Assembly (NCBI GenBank): GCA_965215335.1
Contig: CBDCDA010000001.1
Span: 352,001 to 416,000, forward strand
Length of the DNA: 64,000 nucleotides
Direction of reading: 5' to 3'
Source: an uncultured Candidatus Entotheonella sp.
Lineage (GTDB): Bacteria > Tectomicrobia > Entotheonellia > Entotheonellales > Entotheonellaceae
Shown piece by piece: positions 29,587 through 39,163 of the stretch. Under the pieces are notes generated by a model, which was given only the letters and a program-made list of their open reading frames with translations, did not search any database and was not told the DNA's origin. The number at the start of each line of letters is the position of its first letter. Position 1 is the stretch's first letter. The translations under genes were made by a program, and so were the position numbers.

Positions 29587-30831
29587 TTGAGTCCCCCTGC
29601 GAACCCCGTCCGCCTCGGCATCGACCGCCTGGCTGGTGATCCTGGCCTGCGCGCCCCGCTGCGCGGGCGGCGCTTGGCGCTGCTGGGGCATCCGGCCTCC
29701 GTGACCGCAGACCTGCAACACAGCCTGGACGCGCTGGCCGCCATGCCGGAGATGCGCCTGACGGGCGCCTTCGGTCCGCAGCACGGCATGCGCGGCGACA
29801 AGCAGGACAACATGGTGGAATCCGCCGACTACCGCGACCCGGTGCACGGCGTGCCGGTGCACAGCCTGTACGGCGAGGTGCGTCGCCCGACGGCGGCCAT
29901 GCTGGACGGGTTCGACGTGCTGCTGGTGGACTTGCAGGACGTCGGCTGCCGCATCTACACGTTCATCACCACGCTGCTCTACATGCTGGAGGCGTGCGCG
30001 GCGCACGGCAAGGCCGTGTGGGTGCTGGACCGGCCGAATCCCGCCGGACGCGCCGTGGAGGGGCTGCGGCTGCAGCCCGGCTGGGAGAGCTTTGTCGGCT
30101 CGGCGCCGCTGCCAATGCGCCACGGATTGACCATCGGAGAACTCGCCCGCTGGTTCGTGTGGCACTTCGGGCTGGACGTGGACCTGCGGGTGATCGAGAT
30201 GACGGGTTACGACCCGTCCCAGGCCCCGGGTTACGGCTGGCCGGCAGGGGAGCTGTCGTGGGTCAATCCCAGTCCCAATGCGGCAGGGTTGCCGATGGCG
30301 CGGGCCTACGGCGGCACGGTGCTGATCGAGGGAACCACGCTGTCGGAGGGGCGGGGGACGACGCATCCGCTGGAGGTCGTGGGGGCGCCGGACCTGGACG
30401 CGCGAGCGTTACTGGACGTGATGCGGCGTCTGCGGCCCGGCTGGTTGGCCGGGTGTCAATTGCGCCCGTGTTACTTCGAGCCGACGTTTCACAAGCATGC
30501 CGGACAGTGCTGCGCGGGGCTGCAAATCCACGTCGATCATGGGGCGTACCGGCCGGAGGCGTTCAGCCCGTACCGGCTGGTAGCGCTGCTGTTGAAGGCG
30601 GTGCTGGTGCTGACGCCGGCTTATCCGTTGTGGCGGGATTTCGCGTACGAGTACGAGACCGAACGGCTGGCGTTCGACGTGATCAACGGCGGGCCGCGGC
30701 TGCGCGCGTGGGTGGACGATCCACAGGCGGGGTGCGAAGAACTGGAAGAACTGCTGGTCCGTGAAGAGCGCGAATGGCACGAAGAAAGGCGGCCGTTCAT
30801 TCGGTATTCAGGCGGTGAGGGTGAAGGATAG
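29587..30831 (+). CDS. namZ: Exo-beta-N-acetylmuramidase NamZ (DUF1343)
   Basis: VRLGIDRL, FGPQHG, SLYGEVRRPT, DLQDVGCRIYTF, VLDRPNP, PMRHGLTIGELA, WVNPSPN, EGRGTT. Confidence 0.9.
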   Translation: MSPPANPVRLGIDRLAGDPGLRAPLRGRRLALLGHPASVTADLQHSLDALAAMPEMRLTGAFGPQHGMRGDKQDNMVESADYRDPVHGVPVHSLYGEVRRPTAAMLDGFDVLLVDLQDVGCRIYTFITTLLYMLEACAAHGKAVWVLDRPNPAGRAVEGLRLQPGWESFVGSAPLPMRHGLTIGELARWFVWHFGLDVDLRVIEMTGYDPSQAPGYGWPAGELSWVNPSPNAAGLPMARAYGGTVLIEGTTLSEGRGTTHPLEVVGAPDLDARALLDVMRRLRPGWLAGCQLRPCYFEPTFHKHAGQCCAGLQIHVDHGAYRPEAFSPYRLVALLLKAVLVLTPAYPLWRDFAYEYETERLAFDVINGGPRLRAWVDDPQAGCEELEELLVREEREWHEERRPFIRYSGGEGEG

Positions 30832-31341
30832 CGGGTGGTGAAAGTCGGGGGCGTCGCCCGGGTGGTGCGTGGCCCAGAAGGTGCGTTGCCCGTCGGCCAG
30901 GCGAACAATCGCGGCGGGCGCGAAGCGGCAGGGGCCGGGGTACTCCAGACCTGCGACAGGGACGGTGCAGGAAAGGCTGAGACCGTGCGGGCGGCACTGG
31001 GTGCCGAGCCGTACGGCGGCAATGCGGGGTTCTTCAGTCATGCCGTGGCGGTAGTCGGTGAAGGCGAAGACGTTCCAGTGCCCGGCCGGGGAGGCATTGA
31101 GTTCCCAGTAGTCGGGGTGCTGGAGCGGACCCCAGAGGAGCTCGAAGCAGGTGTGCTGCCAGAGTTGCCGGCGCCGCGCCGGGTCTGGCGAGGGGCCGGG
31201 GAGGTCGGCAGGCTGGTTGAGGCCACCGAGGTCGTACTCGACCCGCAGGGTATCGTTGGTAATGGCGAGGCGCCCGGTGAGCGTGGGGTGTGGCGCCTCC
31301 GGCCAATGGAAAGGGAGCAGGGTGAAGATGGCGCTGCGCAT
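30808..31341 (-). CDS. DOMON-like domain protein
   Basis: LWQHTCFEL, YWELNASPAGHWNVFAFTDYR, FWATHHPGDAPDFH; GAGGAG RBS. Confidence 0.8.
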   Translation of the reverse strand: MRSAIFTLLPFHWPEAPHPTLTGRLAITNDTLRVEYDLGGLNQPADLPGPSPDPARRRQLWQHTCFELLWGPLQHPDYWELNASPAGHWNVFAFTDYRHGMTEEPRIAAVRLGTQCRPHGLSLSCTVPVAGLEYPGPCRFAPAAIVRLADGQRTFWATHHPGDAPDFHHPLSFTLTA

Positions 31342-31395
31342 GGGCCGACTCCTCGGCGGGGGTTGCGTAGGGCGACTATCACATGGAGGTGCGGG

Positions 31396-31857
31396 ATGAC
31401 GCAAGCAAATCGTTCGATCGTACGGTTGCAGGCCGTCGTTCTGGTGGGTCTGCTGGCGCTGGCCTGTCTGTCGGGCTGCGCCGGGCGCAAGGGGAAGCAT
31501 GAGACGATCACGATGGAGGTGACGGCGTATTCGTCGGATCAGGAGAGCACCAATTGGCGTCGGGGGCGGATTCTGTTCTGGCGCGCCTACGTGGCCAGCG
31601 GGCCGAACAAAGGCAAGCGGAAGGTCGTCGGGCTGACCTCGAGCGGCAAGTGGGCGCGTTACGGCACCATCGCCGCCGATACCCGGTACTACCCGTACGG
31701 CACGGTGATGATCATCCCGGGCTACGGCAAGGGCGTGGTGGAGGACATCGGCGGGGCGATCAAAGGTCCGCGGCGTCTCGACGTTTATTTCAAGACGCGG
31801 CGGCGGGCGCTCAAGTGGGGTCGTCAGACGCTGCCGGTGCGGGTGAAGAGGCGGTAA
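31396..31857 (+). CDS. 3D-domain lipoprotein
   Basis: Lipobox LSGC; MEVTAY, GTIAADTRYYPYGT, VEDIGGAIKG, LDVYF. Confidence 0.88.
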   Translation: MTQANRSIVRLQAVVLVGLLALACLSGCAGRKGKHETITMEVTAYSSDQESTNWRRGRILFWRAYVASGPNKGKRKVVGLTSSGKWARYGTIAADTRYYPYGTVMIIPGYGKGVVEDIGGAIKGPRRLDVYFKTRRRALKWGRQTLPVRVKRR

Positions 31858-31862
31858 GCGCG

Positions 31863-32426
31863 ATGCGCAGAAGCGGACTGCTGTTTGCCGCCAGCGCCGT
31901 GCTGGCCGGGGCGTTGCTCGGGTGGCTGGTGTCGGGCTACGTGCGCACGCCGGAGTCGCCGCCAGCGGTGCGACCGCTGGCGGGGGTGCCGTTGACGGCG
32001 CACACGGGTGAGACCGTGCGGGTGGACGATTATCGCGGCAAGGTGCTGGTGCTGGTATTCGGATGCGTGTCCTGCTGGGCATCCGACGATTCGGTGCTGG
32101 ACGAACTCGTCCGTGCCCTGCGGCACCTGAGTGACCGCGCGGACGAGGTGCAGGTGCTGGTGGTCAGCGTCGACCCGCAACGTGACACGCCCGACTGGCT
32201 GGCAGCCTATGTCGCGGCGTTTGATCCGCGTTTTGTCGGCGTGGCGGGACCGCCCGAGGTCATTCGGCGTGTGGCGGCGTTCGGCCTGACGCCCGACGCT
32301 CCCGACGCCGCGCCGGTGATGGTGCTGGACCGGCGGGGCCATTTGCGGCTGCTGTTCCCGTTCCGCATCTCCGCACCGTCGCTGGCCGAAGACCTCGCCG
32401 CCCTGCTACGCCCGGTGCGGTCGTAG
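31863..32426 (+). CDS. SCO1/SenC family protein with atypical metal site
   Basis: N-terminal TM, DYRGKVLVLVFG, VSVDPQRDTP, FDPRFVG; CVSC instead of CxxxC. Confidence 0.8.
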   Translation: MRRSGLLFAASAVLAGALLGWLVSGYVRTPESPPAVRPLAGVPLTAHTGETVRVDDYRGKVLVLVFGCVSCWASDDSVLDELVRALRHLSDRADEVQVLVVSVDPQRDTPDWLAAYVAAFDPRFVGVAGPPEVIRRVAAFGLTPDAPDAAPVMVLDRRGHLRLLFPFRISAPSLAEDLAALLRPVRS

Positions 32427-32568
32427 GCCGGGCGCCCCCGCTGCATGGCGCACCGGGTACGGGCGTGATACGATGCGCCGCGCGTGCGGGCGGTTGCAGC
32501 TGCAGAACCGCGCGCCGGGACGCCGGCATCCAGGGAATCGAGGATCAGACGACACGGAGGACACGGCC

Positions 32569-33624
32569 ATGACGCAATACGTATACGCGGGAGCAGGGCA
32601 TTGGCTGTCCGGCGGCGAGGCGACGCCGGGCGGGCTGTTGCGCAAGGAGATCGACGGGCGCACCTGGGAGCCGTTGAGCAACGGGTTGCCAGCGCGGGCG
32701 GAGGTACGGACGATCGCCATTCATCCGGACAACCCGGCGATCGTGTTCGCCGGCACGCAGGACGGTCCGTATCGCAGCACGGACGGCGGCGACCATTGGC
32801 AAAAGCTGCCGTTTCCCGATCCGGCGATGGTGGTGTGGACAATCGTTTTTCATCCCGAGGACCCGCACACGCTGTATCTGGGCGCCAGCCCGGCGGCGGT
32901 GTACCGCAGCGACGACGGCGGCGACAGCTGGCGGCGGCTGACCATCGTGGCGACCGCCGGGGCGGTGCACATGGGCTTCGACATGCGGGTGATCCGGCTG
33001 GTGGTGGACCCCGCCAAGCCCCAGGAAATCTACGCCGGTCTGGAGGTCGGCGGGGTGATTCGCAGCCTCGACGGCGGCGACACGTGGGAGGACTGCAGCG
33101 AGGACCTGCTGCGGCTGGCCGGCCTGGAGCACCTGAAGAGCCGTATCGGCAGCGATACGGACACCGAGGGCATGATGGACTCCCACGCCCTGAGCATCAG
33201 CCCGGCGCAACCGGGCACGGTGTTCCTGGCCACGCGCATGGGTCTGTTCCGCAGCACGGACCGCGGCGGCAGCTGGGCGGACATGGAGGTGGGGCGCTTT
33301 TCGCCGCTGACCTACGCGCGCGACGTGCGCGTGGCGCCGCACGACGCCAACGTCCTGTACGCCGCGCTCAGCCCGGCGGCGCGCAGCGAAGACGGCTCGC
33401 TGTATCGCAGTGAGGACCTCGGGCAGACGTGGCGGCGCTTCGACCGCGGCGTGACGCCGCGCAGCACCATGATGAGCATCGGCCCGAGCCGTCAGGACGC
33501 CCATCGGGTGTACTGCGCCACGCGCGGCGGACAGGTTTTCGGCACCCGGGACGGCGGCGAGACGTGGGACGAATTTCCGCTGCCGGAGGGCCTGCAGGAC
33601 GTGTACACGGTGGCCTGCGCCTAG
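32569..33624 (+). CDS. BNR/Asp-box repeat beta-propeller protein
   Basis: Repeated SxDGGxxW (STDGGDHW, SDDGGDSW, SLDGGDTW, STDRGGSW, SEDLGQTW, TRDGGETW). Confidence 0.88.
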   Translation: MTQYVYAGAGHWLSGGEATPGGLLRKEIDGRTWEPLSNGLPARAEVRTIAIHPDNPAIVFAGTQDGPYRSTDGGDHWQKLPFPDPAMVVWTIVFHPEDPHTLYLGASPAAVYRSDDGGDSWRRLTIVATAGAVHMGFDMRVIRLVVDPAKPQEIYAGLEVGGVIRSLDGGDTWEDCSEDLLRLAGLEHLKSRIGSDTDTEGMMDSHALSISPAQPGTVFLATRMGLFRSTDRGGSWADMEVGRFSPLTYARDVRVAPHDANVLYAALSPAARSEDGSLYRSEDLGQTWRRFDRGVTPRSTMMSIGPSRQDAHRVYCATRGGQVFGTRDGGETWDEFPLPEGLQDVYTVACA

Positions 33625-33675
33625 GTGACGCCGGGCGCGGCAGGCACAACAACGATTTCACACGACGAGGATGTC

Positions 33676-34443
33676 ATGGCGGACAGACTGGCCGGAAAGG
33701 TGGCCCTGATCACCGGCGGTGCGAGCGGGCAGGGAAGGGAGGCGGCGCTGTGCTTTGCCGCCGAAGGGGCGAAGGTGGTGCTGAGCGACGTGCAGGAAGA
33801 AGGCGGCGTGCGCACCATGCACCTGGTTCAGGAGAACGGCGGCGACGCCTTCTTCGTGCCCGCCGACGTGTCGGTGGAGAGCGGTGCCCGCGACATGGTG
33901 GCGGCGGCGCTGCGGCAGTACGGCGCCTTGCACGTGCTGTACAACAACGCCGGGGTGATCGGCGAAGGTCGTGACGGCCTGGTGACCGACCTGGACATCG
34001 ACGCCTGGGAGTTCATCCTGAACGTCAACCTGCGGGGCATCTTCCTGTGCGCCAGGCATGGGGTGCCGGCCCTGATCGACGCCGGCGGCGGCTCGGTGAT
34101 CAATACCGCTTCGGTGGCGGGCTTGATCGGCAGCCCGAATTCCGGCCATGCCTACGCCGCTAGCAAGGGCGGGGTGATCGCCCTCACACGCGCCATGGCG
34201 GTCTCGTATGCGCGGCACCAGGTGCGGGTGAACGCGATTTGCCCGGGCACCCTGGAAACGCCGATGACCGCCAACCTGCTGCAGATGAGCGACCGGCATC
34301 GCGAGATCGTCGCCCAGCACCCGTTGGGGCGGCTGGGCGTGGCGTCGGACATCGTGCATCTGGCCGTCTACCTGGCCGCCGACGAATCGGCCTGGGTGAC
34401 CGGCGGCGTGTTCACCGTCGACGGGGGCCGCACGGCCACGTAG
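33676..34443 (+). CDS. SDR family oxidoreductase
   Basis: TGGASGQG, NNAG, YAASK, VNAICPG. Confidence 0.93.
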   Translation: MADRLAGKVALITGGASGQGREAALCFAAEGAKVVLSDVQEEGGVRTMHLVQENGGDAFFVPADVSVESGARDMVAAALRQYGALHVLYNNAGVIGEGRDGLVTDLDIDAWEFILNVNLRGIFLCARHGVPALIDAGGGSVINTASVAGLIGSPNSGHAYAASKGGVIALTRAMAVSYARHQVRVNAICPGTLETPMTANLLQMSDRHREIVAQHPLGRLGVASDIVHLAVYLAADESAWVTGGVFTVDGGRTAT

Positions 34444-34480
34444 CGGTCAGTGCCGCCACGCGGCAAGAAGGGAGCCATTC

Positions 34481-34879
34481 GTGCCCACCATCCTGACGTG
34501 TATCGCTACCCTGTTCGCCCTGTCCGCCGTCCTGGCGCAATCGTTGCCGATTCCTGCCTACCGGGGCCTGACGCCCCGCACGCTCCTGCGCGCCCCGTGC
34601 CCGGCGGGGGAGGTGGAACGGCTGGCGTGGCACGCCGCCGGCCCCGACGGTCGGCCGCTGACGGCGTATTCCATCGGCACCTGGCGCTGGCGGCAGCAGG
34701 ATGTGATGATTGCCGAGTACCCGCCGCCGGACGGCGGCGGGACGACGCGCTTGTGGATCGACTGGGACGGCGACGGGCACGCCGAGGAGGTCTACGACAG
34801 CGTTGACGCGATGGGCAAGGTATACCCGCATTCGTGCCTGATCTTCGAGAAGGCCCGCCGCCTGGCTGACGGCGGCTGA
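34481..34879 (+). CDS. Hypothetical secreted protein
   Basis: Signal-peptide-like N-terminus ending AVLA; DWDGDG motif; GGGAG RBS. Confidence 0.6.
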   Translation: MPTILTCIATLFALSAVLAQSLPIPAYRGLTPRTLLRAPCPAGEVERLAWHAAGPDGRPLTAYSIGTWRWRQQDVMIAEYPPPDGGGTTRLWIDWDGDGHAEEVYDSVDAMGKVYPHSCLIFEKARRLADGG

Positions 34880-35033
34880 TGCCGTCGAGTCAAGAACTCG
34901 CCCCGCCCCTGCTGCAGGGATTCATGCTGTCGGGCGGGTGGCAGGGTGCGGCGCTTGCTCCTGGAGCGGGTGGGCGCCGTTTGGAGCGTGTACAGCCCGG
35001 TACTCGGGGGGAGGGCGTCGCTTCTGGAGTGTA

Positions 35034-35555
35034 TCACTTCAGAGCCAGATAGCGCCGCAGCACGTACAGGCCGTCCGGCGTGTAAGGCGCGTGCTCGGCG
35101 TGCGACAGGACGTCCGTCACCGGCATGAAGGCGGTGCTCTCCACTTCCTCTTCCTGCAGGACCAGTTCCCCGTCATAGACGCATGAGAAGACGCTGCCCC
35201 ACACCTGGGTGTAGTCGTCCGCGTAGTGGAAGACGAACTGGTGGGAGAGGGGCACACCGCGAATGCCGACCTCCTCGGCGAGCTCGCGCCGGGCGCCCGC
35301 TTCGTAGGCCTCGCCGGCAAGAACAACGCCCCCGACGGCAATGTCGTAGTAGCCGGGGAAGACGTCCTTCGTGGCGGTACGTTTCTGCACGCACAGGTCG
35401 CCGCGTGAGTTGAAGACCAGGATGTAGGTGCTGCGGTGCGGCAGGCGGTTCTGCCGCATGTTGCGGCGGGGCGCGGCACCGACGACACGGTTTTGGTCAT
35501 CGACGATGGCGACGACTTCATCGGTGGGGTTCATGGCTGGGCGCTCTGCGCTCAT
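35034..35555 (-). CDS. Nudix hydrolase (YfcD-like)
   Basis: HRSTYILVFN, QKRTATKD, GGVVLAGEAYEAGARRELAEEVG; start is either the ATGA overlap at 35555 or ATG 35534. Confidence 0.88.
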   Translation of the reverse strand: MSAERPAMNPTDEVVAIVDDQNRVVGAAPRRNMRQNRLPHRSTYILVFNSRGDLCVQKRTATKDVFPGYYDIAVGGVVLAGEAYEAGARRELAEEVGIRGVPLSHQFVFHYADDYTQVWGSVFSCVYDGELVLQEEEVESTAFMPVTDVLSHAEHAPYTPDGLYVLRRYLALK

Positions 35556-36388
35556 CCATGCTGCCGCGCCAGGGCGGCGCGTTGTTCCAGCAGCGGCAAC
35601 ACCTCGTCGCGCGGCGCCGGCGGCAGGTGGAACAGCAGGCGCTCCACGCCGGCCTCGGCGTAGGCGTCGATCACCTCGGGCTTGGGTGCGGCGCCGAAGA
35701 TGGTGACCGGGATGTCGGCGCGGCCGGCTTCGGCCGCCAGGCGGTTGAGCTCGTCGATGCGGCTTTTGAAATCGGCGCGCCGGCCGATGGGCATCCAGCC
35801 GTCGCCGTAGCGCACGACGCGCTGCAGGGTGTTGGCGCCGTCGCCGCCGATGATGACCGGCGGGTGGGGCTTCTGGATGGGTTTGGGCCATTGCCAGATG
35901 GGATCGAAATCGACGGATTCGCCGTGGTATTCGGCGGCGTCCTCGGTCCAGATCTGCTGCATGGCCTCGATCCGCTCGCGCAGCACCTTCCAGCGGCGGG
36001 TGGGGTCGGTGCCGTGGTTTTCCATCTCCTCGCGGTTCCAGCCGCCGCCGATGCCGAAGAGGACGCGGCCGCCGGAGATGAAGTCGAGGCTGGCGACTTC
36101 CTTGGCGAGGGTGATGGGGTCGCGCTCGATGACCAGGCAAATGCCGGTGCCGAGCATGAGCCGCTCGGTGGCGGCGGCCACGGCGCCGAGGGCGACGAAC
36201 GGATCGAGCGTGTGGGAATACTCCCTGGGAAGCTCGCCGCCACCGGGGAAGGGGCTGCGGCGGCTGGTCGGGATGTGGGTGTGTTCGGGAACGAACAGCG
36301 ACTCAAAGCCGTGCTCTTCAACCGCGCGTCCCAAGGACACCGGATCGATCGCGTAATCGGTGGGAAACATGTAAACGCCAAACTTCAT
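35552..36388 (-). CDS. LLM class F420-dependent oxidoreductase (Rv2161c-like)
   Basis: GFESLFVPEHTHIP, LDPFVAL, RDPITLAKEVASLD, GGWNREE, PKPIQKPHPP. Confidence 0.92.
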   Translation of the reverse strand: MKFGVYMFPTDYAIDPVSLGRAVEEHGFESLFVPEHTHIPTSRRSPFPGGGELPREYSHTLDPFVALGAVAAATERLMLGTGICLVIERDPITLAKEVASLDFISGGRVLFGIGGGWNREEMENHGTDPTRRWKVLRERIEAMQQIWTEDAAEYHGESVDFDPIWQWPKPIQKPHPPVIIGGDGANTLQRVVRYGDGWMPIGRRADFKSRIDELNRLAAEAGRADIPVTIFGAAPKPEVIDAYAEAGVERLLFHLPPAPRDEVLPLLEQRAALARQHG

Positions 36389-36693
36389 GCACTCGTTCTC
36401 CTAATCGTGTGTTGAGGCGCGGTTGCACGAGGCGCCGGTGAACCTGACGCGCAAGTGTACGGCAGGCGCCTTGCGGGGCGCAACGGGGTGTGGTGCGGCC
36501 GTCTGGCAGGTGATTGCCTCAAAACGCGAAAGTGTATCCGGTGCGGCCAGTCGTACTTCCGCCAGCGGGTCGTGAAATGCAGCACCGTCTACCTGCGGTG
36601 TCAGGCCATGGTGGGTTCAATCGTGCACAGGTGGTATGCGCCGAATGCCCCTGCCTGATGAAGGAGGGAGCGGGTGTCGTGAGAGCTTCCGGT

Positions 36694-37425
36694 TTACCTG
36701 CCCGGTCGTTCCGGAGAGGGTGACGGCTGCGAGGCGCGAAAACGAGCTTCCGATTCGGCCAGTCGGGCTTCCGCTTCCCGCCGGGCCTGTTCGGACTCCT
36801 GAAGACGATCTTCGGTTTCCCGAAGACGGTCTTCGACCTCCGGGCGCGTCAGAAGGTGTGCACGCCTCACTGGATCGTAAAACCGCAGCACACCCTCGTC
36901 GAGACGAATATCCAGCCCAAGCACCGGGCTGCTCGCACTCAGAACGGAACCCGTCCGTTCCGGTTCCAATACCGGAACGTACCGGCTGTCGGACAGCACG
37001 AAGCCTTGCAAGGGCGGCACGAGAGAATCCCCCGTCGGGTCGTATTGCCAGTATTCCCGTACCCCCAGACGCGCATACAGGTCTCGCTTCCAGCCCTGGT
37101 CATCCCGGTACGTGCTGGGCGAGGCGATCTCCATCACAAAGTCGGGCGCCTTGGGTTCCTCCCACAACCGATACGACGACCGGTTGTAGTCAGGGGCGCC
37201 GAATACCACGAAGACGTCCGGGGCGACACGCCGTTGCGCGTCGCCTTCCTGGTAATATATAAACAAGTTGCCGGAGACGTAGACGTCCCGGCGGTTGCGG
37301 AAGTGCATCTTGAGGGCTTCAACGGCATAGATGAGCGGGTCGCGCTGGAAATCACTTTCAGCCATGGGCAGGCCATCCGAGTCCGGGTAGTCGATGGCAA
37401 CCGGGGCAGGGGTGGGTTGTGACAT
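36694..37425 (-). CDS. Uma2 family endonuclease
   Basis: YPDSDGLPMAES, VAPDVFVV, PDFVMEIASPST, LGVREYWQYDP, coiled-coil tail. Confidence 0.9.
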   Translation of the reverse strand: MSQPTPAPVAIDYPDSDGLPMAESDFQRDPLIYAVEALKMHFRNRRDVYVSGNLFIYYQEGDAQRRVAPDVFVVFGAPDYNRSSYRLWEEPKAPDFVMEIASPSTYRDDQGWKRDLYARLGVREYWQYDPTGDSLVPPLQGFVLSDSRYVPVLEPERTGSVLSASSPVLGLDIRLDEGVLRFYDPVRRAHLLTRPEVEDRLRETEDRLQESEQARREAEARLAESEARFRASQPSPSPERPGR

Positions 37426-37596
37426 GAGCAAGTCCTCTGGAAAAGGACGCGGCCGATGAAGTCGCTCACAGAAAACGGCGGCATCGTAGCACAGTGGCGC
37501 GGAGCTACCAACTGAAGCGGCCTGTCCGCGCCGTTCCGCCAGCCGTATCCCAGGGTCGGGAATCCCTGCATTCCGAAGTCCGCAAAAGGGGAAAGG

Positions 37597-37983
37597 GTGA
37601 CAACTCTCAAGATATTCGCGAGTTTTGAATTCGACAAGGACAACAAGCTCAGAGGCGATTTTTTCGGACAGGCCAAAACGCTCACTCAGCATCGCGTCTG
37701 TGACCATTCGCTCCAGGAGGCGTATCCGAGTCAAGAGTGGAAATCCAGGGCAAAAGCCGCCATCCGGAAATGTGACCTGGTCATCGTCCTCGTCGGTCAA
37801 GACACCCAAAATGCCCCCGGCGTCAGAACGGAAATCGCCATTGCCCGCTGCTTGAGAAAGCCGGTTATTCAGATCAGGCCAAGGAAGTGGACCTGCGGCG
37901 GCGTGCCCGGCCTGGAAAAGCCGATGCGTTGGAGATGGAAGCGAATCAACAAGGCGTTGGACGAGGTGTTGAAGACAGGGTGA
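37597..37983 (+). CDS. MTH538/DUF1863 TIR-like protein (Thoeris ThsB-like)
   Basis: KIFASFEFDKD, DHSLQE, IRKCDLVIVLVG..T..APGVRTEIAIA...KPV. Confidence 0.78.
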   Translation: MTTLKIFASFEFDKDNKLRGDFFGQAKTLTQHRVCDHSLQEAYPSQEWKSRAKAAIRKCDLVIVLVGQDTQNAPGVRTEIAIARCLRKPVIQIRPRKWTCGGVPGLEKPMRWRWKRINKALDEVLKTG

Positions 37984-38096
37984 CCACGAGGAGGTCCTGC
38001 ATTCTGCAAGCGGTTCAAGGTTGTGCAGCGCCGTATCCGGTTTTCCCGGAAACCCGGCATCCGTTGATTTCAAAGCCACCGCTGCTCAGGTGGGGG

Positions 38097-38125
38097 TTGC
38101 CTGCAGCGTGCACGGTGGCTAGAAT
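38097..38125 (+). promoter_or_regulatory. Putative sigma70 promoter for ABC operon 1
   Basis: TTGCCT-17 nt-TAGAAT. Confidence 0.55.
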
Positions 38126-38199
38126 ACAGACTGTTTTGCCACGTCACATCGTTGTGCCATTCCAACAGCAATGTCTTTGCCCGAAATAAGGAGCGGTGA

Positions 38200-39156
38200 T
38201 TGATTACCGTCAGGGACCTTTCCATGCGTTACGGTTCGGTGGTGGCGCTGCGCAACGCCACGTTTGCCGTGCAGCGCGGTGAGGTCGTCGGACTGCTGGG
38301 GCCGAACGGCGCCGGCAAGTCGACGACCATGAAAATCCTCACCACCTACCTCTATCCCACTTCAGGCAGCGCCGTGGTGGGCGACAAGGACGTGCTCACC
38401 TCCCCCTTGGAAGTTCGACAACGCATCGGTTACCTCCCTGAAACCTTGCCGCTCTACCCCAACGCCGACGTGCACACGTATCTTCAATTCGTCGGCAAGG
38501 CGCGCGGCCTGCAGGGGGCCGTGCTGCGCGAGCGCACGGACTGGGTGGTGCAGCGCTGCGGCCTGGCGCCCATGTATCGCAAGCTGATCCGGGAACTGTC
38601 CAAGGGCTACCGGCAGCGGGTCGGGCTGGCGCAGGCGCTGATTCACGACCCGCAGGTGATCATGCTCGACGAGCCGACGTCCGGTCTCGACCCGCATCAG
38701 ATCCTCGAGATTCGCCACCTGATTCGCCGCCTGGCGCGGGACAAGACCGTGTTGCTGTCCACCCACATTCTGCAAGAGGTGGAGGCGGTGGCGGACCGCA
38801 TCGTCATCATCAACAACGGCCTCATCGTGGGTGACGGCACGCCACAGGAGCTGAACCAGCGGGCGCAGCAGCGGCAGCGGCTGCAGCTGGCGGTGGGCGC
38901 GGCACGCGCGGAGGTGGAAGCGGCGCTGAACCAGCTGACGGCTGTCGGGCTGGTGCGGTACGACGGAGCGGCGGACGGCTTCGAGCACTTCACGGTGGAC
39001 GCGGCACACGGCGTGCAGTTGTGGCAGCAGGTGAGCGAGCTGGTACGCGCCAGGGGCTGGCAGGTGGGGATTCTGGCGCCACGGGTCGGCACCCTGGAAG
39101 AGACCTTTCTGGCCCTGACTGCCCCCAAGGACGGCGCTGCGGGACGACAAGGATAA
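38200..39156 (+). CDS. ABC transporter ATPase (GldA-like), copy 1
   Basis: GPNGAGKST, LSKGYRQR, LDEPTSGLDP, STHIL; AAGGAG RBS. Confidence 0.92.
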   Translation: MITVRDLSMRYGSVVALRNATFAVQRGEVVGLLGPNGAGKSTTMKILTTYLYPTSGSAVVGDKDVLTSPLEVRQRIGYLPETLPLYPNADVHTYLQFVGKARGLQGAVLRERTDWVVQRCGLAPMYRKLIRELSKGYRQRVGLAQALIHDPQVIMLDEPTSGLDPHQILEIRHLIRRLARDKTVLLSTHILQEVEAVADRIVIINNGLIVGDGTPQELNQRAQQRQRLQLAVGAARAEVEAALNQLTAVGLVRYDGAADGFEHFTVDAAHGVQLWQQVSELVRARGWQVGILAPRVGTLEETFLALTAPKDGAAGRQG

Positions 39157-39163
39157 GCAAACC

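Noticed and set aside
36455..36658. Cys-rich 67-aa ORF
   Set aside because: No RBS or recognisable motif; lies in the upstream region of the LLM gene
36740..36840. Repetitive EDRL/EARL coding repeats
   Set aside because: Ordinary coiled-coil tail of Uma2 proteins
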